Under the pieces are notes generated by a model, which searched no databases, was not told the DNA's origin, and saw only the letters and a program-made list of their open reading frames with translations. DNA of 53,409 bases from positions 1-53,409 of IMG/VR virus record IMGVR_UViG_3300028923_000001. The stretch is one strand, 5' to 3'. Positions 17,592-28,231 of this stretch are shown here, piece by piece. The position numbers were made by a program, and so were the translations under genes. This DNA is from a virus. Lineage: Duplodnaviria > Caudoviricetes. Numbering within the stretch: position 1 is the stretch's first letter; every line of letters begins with the position of its first letter.

Positions 17592-19198
17592 ACTTTAAAC
17601 TACAGGAAGATTTCCTGAGCGAGACCGAGCAGGAAGCTCAAAAGGAACTATGCGCTCAGGATATCTGGGAATTCGCCAAGTTTTGTTGGACCTACGATGC
17701 GAAAACAAGGAAGTGGCGACAGTTCCCCACCGACTTAGAAGTATGGGGATACCTTGATACCAAGGTGTTCAAGAACTTACGGCCGGGGAGAATCACCCAA
17801 TTTGTCAAGCACCGGCAGTTGCTGATAAGCTGGTTTTTGGGAGGGATTTATCCGAATTGGGAAGTTTATCGCGCCTTACGATACGGTTGGGTATGGGACG
17901 GAGCGGCGGCATCGATCGGACTCCAGGACGCAATGGAGGTCTTCAACAGATTTAATACGGTCCGCCAATCGCTTCCGGATTGGCTTAAAGAAACGAAACC
18001 CTACGATTCGGATTATCTAGATAGTTTGCCGGAGTTTATCAGAAATCAGGAGATGGTGAAACTTGAGGATACGAAGACCGCGGTCAGGTTCGCTCCGGGC
18101 ATCAGCTACAGAGCATTGCCGACAACCCCGAAAAAAGGACGCGGTTGGACGTATTCGTATATCCTTTTCGATGATGCTTCGTACAATCCTCACGCCAGAA
18201 GCATGTTTGATTCATTACTGGCAACTTTAGGGGAGGATTCAGTCGCTGCCATCGTAGCGACGCGAAATGGACGCCACGAATGGTTTGCTGAGTGCTGGTT
18301 TGACGAGACATTGGACTGGGACAAAGTTGAGTTGCGGGATTCGGATATACCTGGGAGAGATGAAGCTTGGCTGGCTGCCGAGGAAAAGCGTTATCCGGAT
18401 CGGCGGGTATTTCAGCGTGAGCACGGCGATAACTGGGATGTCTTCCGGGGCAAACCGGTTTTCCCGATGTACGAAGCTACGAAACAGGGGAAATGGCGTT
18501 CAGCGGAGAGTTTCAAAATCACAGCCGACACAGTGATTTATCTCGGGGTAGATTTCGGCTTTCACTACCCGTACGCCTGCTGGGCATGGATCGATCAGTG
18601 GGACCGGCTTTGTTTCATCAAAGAGTTTATGGGCAAGGAGATCAATACCGACGTGTTCTGGAATAAGGTAGTGGATATCAGCCAGGCATTGTTTCCGGGA
18701 TGCATGTTCAAAATCTATTGTGACCCTGCCGGCGCACAGACAAAGGATGTTTCGCGGAAATCATCGATTCCTGGTGAGGCAGACCAACAGACGGATGTCG
18801 ATATTATTCGAGTAGTCGGTAAGGAACGCGGCTTTCCTACGCATCCAGAGTTCCATTTCAGTAACGTTGATACGGGCGTAAAGAGAATGCGGATAATGCT
18901 CGGGCTGCGTGATGACGGGATGTATGGCATGATGGTTGATGCTTTGGGATGTCCGGTGCTGAGCGCTGCGCTGGCTGGTGGGTTGCGATATCCAGAAGAT
19001 GACGAAATCACTGAGAAATATGAAAAGGACGGATGGCACGACCATGCGGCTGACGGGGCGCGGATGATTGTGGTGAACCGATATGGCAAATCGGATCCGG
19101 AGAAAGGTCGCGATGAAGAGGCGCATTTTGTGTCGGACGCGCCGATTGCGAATGTGGCGATGATGCCAAAACCGAGAGGTTGGAGGATGGTGCCGTGA
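17588..19198 (+). CDS. terL: Terminase large subunit
   Basis: KHRQLLISW (Walker A-like), GRGWT..ILFDDA (Walker B-like), ATRNG, nuclease motifs GVDFG, YCDPAG, DHAADGARM. Confidence 0.88.
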   Translation: MNFKLQEDFLSETEQEAQKELCAQDIWEFAKFCWTYDAKTRKWRQFPTDLEVWGYLDTKVFKNLRPGRITQFVKHRQLLISWFLGGIYPNWEVYRALRYGWVWDGAAASIGLQDAMEVFNRFNTVRQSLPDWLKETKPYDSDYLDSLPEFIRNQEMVKLEDTKTAVRFAPGISYRALPTTPKKGRGWTYSYILFDDASYNPHARSMFDSLLATLGEDSVAAIVATRNGRHEWFAECWFDETLDWDKVELRDSDIPGRDEAWLAAEEKRYPDRRVFQREHGDNWDVFRGKPVFPMYEATKQGKWRSAESFKITADTVIYLGVDFGFHYPYACWAWIDQWDRLCFIKEFMGKEINTDVFWNKVVDISQALFPGCMFKIYCDPAGAQTKDVSRKSSIPGEADQQTDVDIIRVVGKERGFPTHPEFHFSNVDTGVKRMRIMLGLRDDGMYGMMVDALGCPVLSAALAGGLRYPEDDEITEKYEKDGWHDHAADGARMIVVNRYGKSDPEKGRDEEAHFVSDAPIANVAMMPKPRGWRMVP

Positions 19199-19410
19199 GT
19201 GGATATTCGATCAAGCGGATGAATAGAGAAGCGGAGGAACGGATTCTGGGAATGCCACAGCCGATGGTGAAACCGTCCTCAATGGGCCCGGGTTGGATCG
19301 AACTATATTGCTCCTGCGGTCGTTTTTGTGGTCATTACGAGGGACTTAAGGCGGCTGATGTGGTCTGTCCGAAATGCGGTGCGCGTTGGCAGTGGAGGAA
19401 GACCGGATGA
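19195..19410 (+). CDS. Small Zn-finger protein
   Basis: CSCG...CPKC; GTGA overlap with terL stop. Confidence 0.5.
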   Translation: MSGYSIKRMNREAEERILGMPQPMVKPSSMGPGWIELYCSCGRFCGHYEGLKAADVVCPKCGARWQWRKTG

Positions 19411-19784
19411 GGGAAGGAAAACGATTGGATCCTGGGAGAATGTCTGAAATTGTCAGAGAGGCTATATTCCATCCTGACGATCCGGAGAATATTCAGATTA
19501 TGAATGCGATAGAGGGGATGGAGGCTACGCGACGAGTTGAGAAAGAAAGGGAGCAGCAGAAGATCAACCGCCGAGTAGAGGCTACGAAAAGGCGAGGATA
19601 CTATAGTGGTTACTGTTTTGTGGTCAGAAAATGGGGATGGGAACTGATTATCGGGACGCGATGGTGGGGATTTTCGTACTGGTCAGAATACAAGCATCCC
19701 TATGGATTGCAGTGTCCCTGTATAGAACTTCGGTTTGGGTTTGGGAGAGTCTACCATTTTCCGAACGGGGTGCCACTACGGTGA
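19407..19784 (+). CDS. Hypothetical protein
   Basis: ATGA-coupled to the upstream ORF. Confidence 0.45.
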   Translation: MREGKRLDPGRMSEIVREAIFHPDDPENIQIMNAIEGMEATRRVEKEREQQKINRRVEATKRRGYYSGYCFVVRKWGWELIIGTRWWGFSYWSEYKHPYGLQCPCIELRFGFGRVYHFPNGVPLR

Positions 19785-19788
19785 TAAG

Positions 19789-20109
19789 ATGAGTGACGCG
19801 ATGCGGTTGACCGATGAGGAGCGGTTTATCGACCTGCTGACGCGGAATGGGAAGATGACCGGTAAGCAACTTGCCAAGCAGTTAGGAATGGGTCGCCGAA
19901 AAGTACAGGATATCGCGAAGAATATCAAAACGATGGGACTGGCTCCGCTGTCGACCTCGCTTGACGCTAAAAATGGTGGGTACTGGATCGGGACCGACGG
20001 ACTGGAACATTTGCGAAGAAGAGCCTTGATTTTGATTCACGAATATAAGACTATGAAGGCATGGAGAGTGAAGGAAGCTATGCAAAGACAGGGGAAACTG
20101 GGAGTATGA
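19789..20109 (+). CDS. Winged-HTH DNA-binding protein
   Basis: MTGKQLAKQLGMGRRKVQDIAKNIK...GGYWI. Confidence 0.7.
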   Translation: MSDAMRLTDEERFIDLLTRNGKMTGKQLAKQLGMGRRKVQDIAKNIKTMGLAPLSTSLDAKNGGYWIGTDGLEHLRRRALILIHEYKTMKAWRVKEAMQRQGKLGV

Positions 20110-20435
20110 GCGTTGAACAAGAAATTCCGGGGTTTGTGATTACTAAGGAAATGGTGCCTTTTCCACGGCAATACTGTGAACATTGTCAATGTCCGAGTTG
20201 TCGCCAGATAACGGGTCACCAACACGCAGCAGACGGCAGTTACTGGTTTCAGGCGATTAACGTCTGTGGAGCGTGTGGACGTGCAGTGATTTACCCCGAA
20301 AGCAGATTTGAATCTTACGCACGTCTTCGGAATTGGTGCGCGACGAACGGAGCGCTTATTGATCAGGCGACTGGTCGACTTATACTGGTGGAGATGATAC
20401 GCGATTACATGAAACCTTGCCAGTGTCCGAAATAA
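20106..20435 (+). CDS. Cys-rich hypothetical protein
   Basis: CEHCQCPSC and CGAC motifs; GGGAG RBS. Confidence 0.5.
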   Translation: MSVEQEIPGFVITKEMVPFPRQYCEHCQCPSCRQITGHQHAADGSYWFQAINVCGACGRAVIYPESRFESYARLRNWCATNGALIDQATGRLILVEMIRDYMKPCQCPK

Positions 20436-20937
20436 CAAAAAAAATAGTTGCGGAAAAGTTTGAACTTGTTAAGGTGAGAGCATGATAATTGCACCTTCGA
20501 TAACCGACCCGATTCCTGTGATCACTTGCGGGGTCAATTTGCGCGAAGTGGCCGAGAAGATGGTCATCCAAATCGGCCAATATCAGATTCCGGTGGTAAT
20601 CGTGGATGGTCTGGAAGGCATGTACTTGGGTATGACATCATGAGCTTAAGCAGACGGATGAAGATCAAAGAGAAACGCAGGATGGCCAAACTCATCCGTG
20701 AGTATAGACCCGGAGTTGTCAGACCGCTCGCAGAAGACGGGACACTAACGATGGCTGCCCTTCTCGACACGCTCATGAATCCGATGTTCGATTGTAAACT
20801 ACCAGCGCCGCTGACCGCATTTCGGTTGCAATGTCTGGAACTGGTGTTACCCGCGGCACCGTTTCAAGGTTTAGGTGAGATGACGTAGGGCGGCCGTCCC
20901 GACGCAGGGACACAAAGCAGTTTTCCAGAGGACCATT

Positions 20938-20995
20938 AGAGACCCGCTCAGACCTCGGCGAAAGCCGGGGCGAGAGTTGGGTCTCTTTTTGTTTA
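20938..20995 (+). terminator. Rho-independent terminator-like hairpin
   Basis: AGAGACCC...CCTCGGC-GAAA-GCCGGGG...GGGTCTCT followed by TTTTGTTT. Confidence 0.7.
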
Positions 20996-21213
20996 TAGGC
21001 GAAATATGAAGAGCACAGATAGCAGACGAATCCGAAAAACCCACCCGCTGGGTGGGGTACAGAACGAGTGCTTCATGGTAGGGCGACTGGTTTGTATGCC
21101 GTACTTCGAACTTTACTATGGGCACTTAATGTATCGGACTTCAACGTTTTTCGACAACGGGCAGCACCCCACGATTCTAATACCCATGTGGAATTAGGGA
21201 AAACGGGATTGTG

Positions 21214-23064
21214 ATGGCGGAGAAGAAGGGATATCGCGGGTTGTTGTTGTCGGATAAGTTGGACTTCGAGCCCGACACGCCGGCAAAGGTGCAACAACTC
21301 TGCCGGGATTGCTGTGGAATCTCCGGCGCCTATATGGAGCCGTACTACGAACAGTCGCGGCGGTTTCGCGATCTCTACTACGTCCATCTTGATTTAGCAA
21401 ATCTGAATCCCATGCAGGTCCATGTCCGACTCGGGAAAATCCATTCGTTGATCGAGATGTACGCAGCGCAGAGCGTGGGGGCGCTTTTCTCTTCGACGCC
21501 TTATATGCCGCTTTACCCGGAAAATCCCCTTTGGGCAAAGAACGCGGAACTGATGACTAAGGCACTGGATATCCAGTCGCGACAGCACAAGTGGTTCCCG
21601 CGTCTGGCCAAGGGAATGAAGATGTGTCACCTCGATGGCACATCATTTCTGACCGCGGAATGGCAGATGGAACCCCGACGCGAGACCCGCAAGGGAATAA
21701 ATCGGATCGGCAAATGGATGGGGGGCGAGAGCAAAGTTGAAGATCAGTGGGTTGACGAAGGGCTACGCATCCGGGAGATACCGTTCTGGGCGTGCTATTG
21801 GGACCCGATGAAAGAGAGCACCGGCGAGATGCGCTGGTTTATCGAGAAGTATCCCTGCTCGCGGACTGAAGTGCTCCGAATGATCAAGGCCGAGATGTTT
21901 GAAATCGACGGCAAGGCGACCAAGGTCGAGGATATCAAGCAACTAAGTTCATACCGCGACAGCTCGCAGAGTTTGGGGAACGTGCTTCTAAGCGAACTCG
22001 ATTCGCGCGGCAAAGGGCTTGATGACGACGCCTGTGTCTTAGTGATCATGTACTGCCCGCTGACTTTGACGAAATATATCCTGCTTGACGGCGAAACTTT
22101 GATCCACAAACAGACCAGCGGGAGTTCCCGGGAGTATTTCGTCCCTTACGCGGCGCTGATCAACAGCCAGGATCCGGTATCGAATCGCCTGATGGGAATC
22201 TCGGACGTAATGGGAGTCGAACAACTGGCGTATTACATCGACGATTCCCTGTCGATTGCGTTGCGCGCCGACCGGCAACGGCTGGATCAGGTTCTGCTCT
22301 ACAACAGGGACGCTTTCCCCAACTTCAACATTCTCAATACGGTAGCGGGTGCGAGAATACCGATCACGAGTGATATGCTCCTAAAGGTCGGTGGAGACTG
22401 GGAACAGTTGGTGCATCAATTGGCACCGCATCCGCAGTCGGCGGACTCCTACCGGATTCGGGAAGAACTGGTGAACCATTACAACGAGACGGTGGGGAGA
22501 GGACAGACTGCGCAGGGCTCGGAGACACAGGGGGACCCCACCGCGTACGAAATCCGCAAGATGCTTGAACAGACGGAGAAACGGTTTGCGGTGAAAATGG
22601 CGTTGGCCGAACAAGTGGGGTTGGAAGTGCTCGCGCAACACGCCTACAAGATCAACGGCGAAAACATGACCGAAGAGATGCGGCAACGGTACTTCGGAAA
22701 AGACGCCAAGAAATTCCTGCGCAAAACTCCGAGTGATCTACCGGGGGGTGCTTTGGTGCGACTGCGCGGATCGGCGCTTCTGGGAGGAGAAGAAGCGAAG
22801 AAAAATGAACGGCTGGCGCAGATTCAGGCCGGAGCGGGATTCCTGCCCCCTGAAATGCTGATGATGATGATGGAACAAACGATGAAGGATTCGAATGCCT
22901 GGGATAGTCAGTTCATGGAGAAAGCAGCGGATTTGTTAAAGCCGCAACCGCAACCGGAACAACTTCCGGGAATGTCGCCCGTAGCCAAACCCCCGATTGT
23001 GGGAAATCTGGTGCCGATGGGGGCGAGTACGGTGACCGCAGGAACGGCGGGAATGGCAGCGTGA
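21214..23064 (+). CDS. Portal protein (podovirus/P22-like)
   Basis: About 616 aa after TerL; AELMTKALDIQ, LDGTSFL, YWDP...FIEK, VPY.......LMGIS, TAYEI, Q/P-rich C-terminus. Confidence 0.8.
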   Translation: MAEKKGYRGLLLSDKLDFEPDTPAKVQQLCRDCCGISGAYMEPYYEQSRRFRDLYYVHLDLANLNPMQVHVRLGKIHSLIEMYAAQSVGALFSSTPYMPLYPENPLWAKNAELMTKALDIQSRQHKWFPRLAKGMKMCHLDGTSFLTAEWQMEPRRETRKGINRIGKWMGGESKVEDQWVDEGLRIREIPFWACYWDPMKESTGEMRWFIEKYPCSRTEVLRMIKAEMFEIDGKATKVEDIKQLSSYRDSSQSLGNVLLSELDSRGKGLDDDACVLVIMYCPLTLTKYILLDGETLIHKQTSGSSREYFVPYAALINSQDPVSNRLMGISDVMGVEQLAYYIDDSLSIALRADRQRLDQVLLYNRDAFPNFNILNTVAGARIPITSDMLLKVGGDWEQLVHQLAPHPQSADSYRIREELVNHYNETVGRGQTAQGSETQGDPTAYEIRKMLEQTEKRFAVKMALAEQVGLEVLAQHAYKINGENMTEEMRQRYFGKDAKKFLRKTPSDLPGGALVRLRGSALLGGEEAKKNERLAQIQAGAGFLPPEMLMMMMEQTMKDSNAWDSQFMEKAADLLKPQPQPEQLPGMSPVAKPPIVGNLVPMGASTVTAGTAGMAA

Positions 23065-23135
23065 TTGGATACGAGAAGATAGGTGGCGCACGGGGACATA
23101 CGCCACGCACGAATAGATAACGAGGAGATGGGAAG

Positions 23136-24149
23136 ATGAAGACGAGAACGTGGATGTATTTGATACTGGTCCTGATCTGGGGGATAATCGCCTTGGCGGC
23201 ACTTGGTGGTTCCGGGCGTGAAGTAATCCTGTTTGAGAAAGTAGTCATGCTGGAGTTGACCGACACCTGCATCGACTATATGACGGGAACGGTGACGGAC
23301 GGTGATTCGGGAGCGGTCATTGTCAGGGTTGATGATGCGGATTTCCGGGGATTTGAAGGGGGTACGGGCGCCGGTCAGGCGATCTGGTTTGATACGGCGG
23401 CGTGGAGCGACACTGGAACTTTCTCGGACAATGATTCGAACATCGCCACGTCGTGGAATCCGGTCATTTTCCCACGGGCGAACCTGTACGGAAACAAGGG
23501 TTGGGATAGCGCGACCGTTGACGTGGATTCCGGCGATAACGACTTCACGGTGGCTATGGAGAGTGCGACGAACGATTCGGAATTTGTGTTACTGGAAGCG
23601 CTGCCGTATGACGTAGCTGGACTGCACGCGACCTTTACGTTCTACCACGATACGATCAAGACGACCTTGGATTCGGCCTGGGCGGCGAAACCGGATACGG
23701 TATCCACGCACGATGAGTCATCGCATGAATTGACCGGTTGGACTTATACAGTCTGGCGCGGCGGGAACATCACGGATACGGTCTGGGTGTCGCCCTGGAA
23801 GGAAGACCCGAACGGGCTGCTCAACAGTTTCTTTCTGCGCTGCTTCAGCTTTTCCAATCTCGATTCGACGATGGCGAAGATTGTGATTTATACCCAATGC
23901 GTCGGCAGCGACACTGGCAGGCGGGTTCCGGTTTGCAGTTTGACCACCGCCGATACGACCGATGATCTCGCTAATTGGACGCATTTTCCGCAACTGGCGG
24001 ATGCAGATACGGCAATCGCACTAGGGGGACATTTATGCAGTCGCTACCAGGCGGTGATAACGGTGACCGATTCCAATTCGCTGCCGGCAGCGTACGGGAC
24101 CTATACGAGTGTTGGATTCAGAGTGGTGAAAAAGACCACAGGAGAATAG
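23136..24149 (+). CDS. Signal-peptide-bearing beta-rich protein; possible virion accessory
   Basis: GAGGAG RBS; MKTRTWMYLILVLIWGIIALAA; 17 D-[S/T] dipeptides by hand count. Confidence 0.7.
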   Translation: MKTRTWMYLILVLIWGIIALAALGGSGREVILFEKVVMLELTDTCIDYMTGTVTDGDSGAVIVRVDDADFRGFEGGTGAGQAIWFDTAAWSDTGTFSDNDSNIATSWNPVIFPRANLYGNKGWDSATVDVDSGDNDFTVAMESATNDSEFVLLEALPYDVAGLHATFTFYHDTIKTTLDSAWAAKPDTVSTHDESSHELTGWTYTVWRGGNITDTVWVSPWKEDPNGLLNSFFLRCFSFSNLDSTMAKIVIYTQCVGSDTGRRVPVCSLTTADTTDDLANWTHFPQLADADTAIALGGHLCSRYQAVITVTDSNSLPAAYGTYTSVGFRVVKKTTGE

Positions 24150-24202
24150 AACCAAAATAGCGTCAGGAAAGGGTTCCTGGCAGGGAAGAAGGAGAAGAGG
24201 AG

Positions 24203-24772
24203 ATGAAAAGGACATTTGGAGTGTTGGTGGTGCTGTTGCTGCTGGTGCTGTCGGTGGTGGTGTTCGTGTCGCCGGAGTTGTTTGGCGCGGGGGGGTGTCG
24301 TATGACGCGAACGATACCGAAGCCTGCGGTACTGGTAAGTGCTGAGTCGGCCTGGGTGAACATGGATACGCTGGTGACTTCGTGGGCGGGTCCACGGTTT
24401 GTCGATCTAGACCAGTATCGGAAAATGGGGGCCACACGAATGATCGTGTCGAGTCGGATTATTATCGCCGATACCGACATCGATTCATTTTATCAGCGGA
24501 TTCGTTTGACTGATGACGGACTGAATTGCATAGTGGCTGATTCACAGAAGTGCTTGACATCAACTGCGGGGAGCGCGGTCTACAAAGACTATCCGCTTGA
24601 TTCGCTCTACCAATTTCAGTACGGACAGGTGAACCTGATGATCTTTGGCGATGCGGCCGGCACAGCGATTCAAACCATTACGGTCCGGACTGACGTGATG
24701 TTCCTTGACTATCAGGGTAGAATGGTGGCGCGACTAACATCCGGACCTCTATCGACGAGTTTCCAGGAGTAA
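24203..24772 (+). CDS. Signal-peptide or membrane-anchored protein; possible virion accessory
   Basis: MKRTFGVLVVLLLLVLSVVVFVS. Confidence 0.65.
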   Translation: MKRTFGVLVVLLLLVLSVVVFVSPELFGAGGCRMTRTIPKPAVLVSAESAWVNMDTLVTSWAGPRFVDLDQYRKMGATRMIVSSRIIIADTDIDSFYQRIRLTDDGLNCIVADSQKCLTSTAGSAVYKDYPLDSLYQFQYGQVNLMIFGDAAGTAIQTITVRTDVMFLDYQGRMVARLTSGPLSTSFQE

Positions 24773-24781
24773 GGCGGGACG

Positions 24782-25168
24782 ATGCCGCGACCGGTTGACA
24801 CACAGCAGGTGGACGACGCACAGACGGAGAGTGCGTTTCTGGCGGAGGGTCAGGGGTACGAAGCGCATCTGAAACTCTGGGAGGAAATGCGCACGCTGAT
24901 AGATACCTATCCGCGGTGGCAAATTCTCAAGGAGTTGTGCGAACAGGAAGCCAGGCACTGCTTTGAAATCTGGATGGGACTGAACAACCTGCATCGACCG
25001 GAAGTGCAAGAACGCGCAATCATGCTCCGGGAGCGCTCGCGAACGTTACGCTGGCTTTGGACCGAAGCGGAACAGCTGGCCAGCGACACTAACAGAGAAA
25101 CGTGGCTCGGCAGGTTGAAGGACTTGCGAGAGAGATTTACACAGTGGCTTAACAGTAAAGGAAAGTAA
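24782..25168 (+). CDS. Small helical protein preceding the scaffold gene
   Basis: GGAG RBS; usual position between portal and scaffold in podoviruses. Confidence 0.55.
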   Translation: MPRPVDTQQVDDAQTESAFLAEGQGYEAHLKLWEEMRTLIDTYPRWQILKELCEQEARHCFEIWMGLNNLHRPEVQERAIMLRERSRTLRWLWTEAEQLASDTNRETWLGRLKDLRERFTQWLNSKGK

Positions 25169-25171
25169 TCG

Positions 25172-26014
25172 ATGCCAGAAGACTTGAACCAAAACAATGC
25201 CGCAGAGTCCGGGGGAGACCCGACAGGTAAAACTGGATCGGAACCTGGAGGTCAGGGCGCAAGCGCCACTGATCGCGGACCAGCCGCAAAGGCCGGTCAA
25301 GACGGTGGCAAGGGAAGTGGATCAGCCGATGGAGAGCTGACGCTCGAAGAATGGAAAGCACGGGCGGAGAAGGCGGAGAAAGAACGCGACCACTATCAGA
25401 ATCGTCTGCAGGATCGCGAGAAGTACCGCAGGACCGGTGCAATGCGTTCCGGCAAGTCCAGAGCGTCCGACGCAGGTGATGATGACGGCGCAAAGCCGCA
25501 GGTGGGTAAGGATGGGAAACCGATCGTTGACGCTTCGGGCAAGCCGGAGGGCGCCCTATCCGAACAGGAAATCGAACAGCGGGTTCGCGATACCATTCTC
25601 GTAAATGATACCGAAGACGAAGTTCGAGAGTACGCGAAGAAGGAATTGGGCGTACCGTATGATGAGACGAACGAGATTTTCGAACTTCTCGATGAATATG
25701 CCCGCACCATCGTCTCTAATGAGCTCAAGCCAGGCGCCAGGTATGGAAGCCTTGATATCGCCGACCAGAAGCAACTAGCAATGGATGTGCTCGCCGGACG
25801 GCACCAGCACGTTCTGATCGACAAGGCACATAAAGCCGGATACGATCAGGGTTACAAGGCGGGAGTCGCGAAGTTGAACAAACTTCTGCCGGGTGGCGGA
25901 GGTGGTACGGACGTGCCGGGAGGTGATGACGGTGGGAAGTCGCAGTTGACTCCGAGTCAACGGCAACTTCAGTCGACGATTGACAAGTTCTCCAAACCAA
26001 GAAAGGCAGGCTGA
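25172..26014 (+). CDS. Putative capsid scaffolding protein
   Basis: Low-complexity acidic/Gly N-terminus and coiled coil, directly before the capsid gene. Confidence 0.65.
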   Translation: MPEDLNQNNAAESGGDPTGKTGSEPGGQGASATDRGPAAKAGQDGGKGSGSADGELTLEEWKARAEKAEKERDHYQNRLQDREKYRRTGAMRSGKSRASDAGDDDGAKPQVGKDGKPIVDASGKPEGALSEQEIEQRVRDTILVNDTEDEVREYAKKELGVPYDETNEIFELLDEYARTIVSNELKPGARYGSLDIADQKQLAMDVLAGRHQHVLIDKAHKAGYDQGYKAGVAKLNKLLPGGGGGTDVPGGDDGGKSQLTPSQRQLQSTIDKFSKPRKAG

Positions 26015-26111
26015 TCTGGGACGCACCCGTAACCCCTCTCAAGAGGGGAATCGGGTGGGGTCAAGCTCCAAGTAGGCTTGACCTGGAATTGTGAAGAAGT
26101 GAGGAAGTGAG

Positions 26112-27386
26112 ATGCCTACAAGTTTAGCCCCAGCCGATGGGTATGTATCGGCAACGGTCCCGCACGAATCGGATTTATCGGCGGCGGGAAAACCGACGAT
26201 TGAAGCGGCAATGTACAACATCGACGAACCGTACGGTGCAGCGCTTAACATACTGAAGCAAATCCGCACGCGGGTGAGAACCGTGGAGTTCGGCAAAGAC
26301 TACAAAGTCGAGTACGAATTCCAAAAGCAACTGCCGCAGTTTGATCGCGTGAGAACCGCTTACGCCGCGGCAGCTACCGCAATCGATGTCGATCACTCTG
26401 AGTATTTCGGCCGGATGGAGTTGTGGCGCAACGAGCGCAACCTGGACAACTTCCTGGTGATCGCAACTCCGGCCTCCGATGCTTTGTCGGTGGTCAAACC
26501 GTTCGGAGTAACGGCGCTTCAGGCCGGCATGGTAGGCGATACCCTGCAACGTCTGGCGACAATCGATTCGGACGGCATGAAGATGGTCGACGTGAAGTAC
26601 GTCAAGAGCGAGTGGGCGTACAACCTGCTCTGGGGACACAGACGTACGACTATGGCGACCGACTGGGCCATGCTGATGAAGATGTACCACTCGAATGCGT
26701 GGGACCGTCTGATGCGGCAGGACCTGGAGCAGTTCAAACAGGAAGAAGCCAGAATGTTCCTGCACGGCAGGCTCGTGTCGGGAACGGTCGACCATTCCAA
26801 TTCGAGCTATATCGGCGGCGCCGGCAGTTCGGCTACTGCTGGAGCTCCGGTGATGCGCGGGTTCATTCAGGATATGCGAGACAACGCTCCGCAGGATTGT
26901 TGCCGTGACGTCTCCGGAACGATGACCTTCAGCCTGTTCTACGACATCATCACCGACTGGGCGTTCCGCAGCCACTCGAAGCAGTTGCTGCTTGCCTGCG
27001 GCAAGGAACTCTCCAAGGGCTTCGGCCTCTGGAAAAACGCCAAAGTGATCATGTCGAGTCAGGAGACGAAGTTCAACCTCATACTCGACAACTGGGAAGT
27101 GGCGCCCGGCAAGACGATCTCGGTCATTTACGATTCATCGCTCGATGTGCCGGATGTCGGCACGCCGACCCGCGGTGAAATGATGATCGGTCTCGATCTG
27201 GGCACCGAGGACGGGGAGGATTACTCGCCGCAGATTCTGCAGGTTCATCCGAATCGCGTCGAGGAGGTAACTCCGGGTGATGGCGCTTCGGCAAAGATCG
27301 TGCAGATGAAAGGTCTGCAGACGATGATCATGCCGCATCAGGAAGCGCAGTTGTTTGTCGAAGGAATTCAGGACGTAGCGGCTTAA
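26112..27386 (+). CDS. Major capsid protein (HK97 fold, SU10/DUF5309-like)
   Basis: 424 aa; KVEYEF, beta insertion domain, YNLLW, helix LEQFKQEEARMFLHG, MRGFI; follows scaffold. Confidence 0.78.
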   Translation: MPTSLAPADGYVSATVPHESDLSAAGKPTIEAAMYNIDEPYGAALNILKQIRTRVRTVEFGKDYKVEYEFQKQLPQFDRVRTAYAAAATAIDVDHSEYFGRMELWRNERNLDNFLVIATPASDALSVVKPFGVTALQAGMVGDTLQRLATIDSDGMKMVDVKYVKSEWAYNLLWGHRRTTMATDWAMLMKMYHSNAWDRLMRQDLEQFKQEEARMFLHGRLVSGTVDHSNSSYIGGAGSSATAGAPVMRGFIQDMRDNAPQDCCRDVSGTMTFSLFYDIITDWAFRSHSKQLLLACGKELSKGFGLWKNAKVIMSSQETKFNLILDNWEVAPGKTISVIYDSSLDVPDVGTPTRGEMMIGLDLGTEDGEDYSPQILQVHPNRVEEVTPGDGASAKIVQMKGLQTMIMPHQEAQLFVEGIQDVAA

Positions 27387-27418
27387 CGCCCGGACTGAGG
27401 TCAATAGATGCACATTTG

Positions 27419-27448
27419 CCCGGCCATCGGAAAGGGTGGCCGGGATTT
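27419..27448 (+). terminator. Hairpin after the capsid gene
   Basis: CCCGGCCATC-GGAAAG-GGTGGCCGGG then ATTT; short U-tract. Confidence 0.5.
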
Positions 27449-27502
27449 GAAAAGAAGATATACCGCTAACCCCTCTCAAGAGGGGAATGAGAGTGAAGAG
27501 AT

Positions 27503-28231
27503 ATGGCGAAGAACAAAGCCAAGACCGACGCTGAAGATGGCGGATTGACATCGCTTCAGGAGTTGGTCAAGGAATATGTGAGGATGTGCAGGGTGCTCGG
27601 GCTGCAGGTCGCCGAAGACGTGCTTACCGGATGCACGGAAGAGCAGTTGCAGGAACGCATCGATGTGTTGCAACCGACTTACGACGAGGAAATCAGTCGC
27701 CAGGCGGAAGCAACGGATCAGGCGGAGGCGCCGACGAAAGTGGAACCGATTGCGGAGTTGATTGTCAAAGCGGTCGGTATGGGTTCCGGACGTCGGACGA
27801 TCATACCGCCGGATGTCAATAAGACGACCGGCGCCAGGACTCCCGGGATTGAGATCATCTTTCCGGATGATTTCAAGGACGCGCGGGGTAACCCGATGTT
27901 CCATTCGCAGTATTGGAGTCCCAAGCCGACAGTGCTGTCTCACTACGGCAGCAAGGAACTGGTATTGGGAATCATCAAGGCGAAGATCGACGAAGACCTG
28001 AACTTTCACCCCGGAAAGTACGAGTATCTGACCCAGGCGCAGTTCGACGGCGCTCGAGCGGAGAAGGGCGTTGTCGACCGCACCACCAAGGTCGTCTCGA
28101 TGGCGTTGAGCAATCCGGAGGATCCGGAAGCCAAGAAGTTGTTCGCGGCGATCAAGGAGTACGAGACAACGCATCCCGTGGTTGGTTTCGTGCAATCGGG
28201 ACCGGCGAACGTCGGGAGTTTCGCGAAGTAA
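27503..28231 (+). CDS. Hypothetical late protein
   Basis: 242-aa ORF between capsid and adaptor genes. Confidence 0.6.
   Translation: MAKNKAKTDAEDGGLTSLQELVKEYVRMCRVLGLQVAEDVLTGCTEEQLQERIDVLQPTYDEEISRQAEATDQAEAPTKVEPIAELIVKAVGMGSGRRTIIPPDVNKTTGARTPGIEIIFPDDFKDARGNPMFHSQYWSPKPTVLSHYGSKELVLGIIKAKIDEDLNFHPGKYEYLTQAQFDGARAEKGVVDRTTKVVSMALSNPEDPEAKKLFAAIKEYETTHPVVGFVQSGPANVGSFAK

Noticed and set aside
20460-20489. Late promoter TTGAAC-18-GATAAT
   Set aside because: The -10 overlaps the ATG of a plausible 53-aa ORF (20482-20643) coupled to 20640-20888; support for a promoter is too weak.
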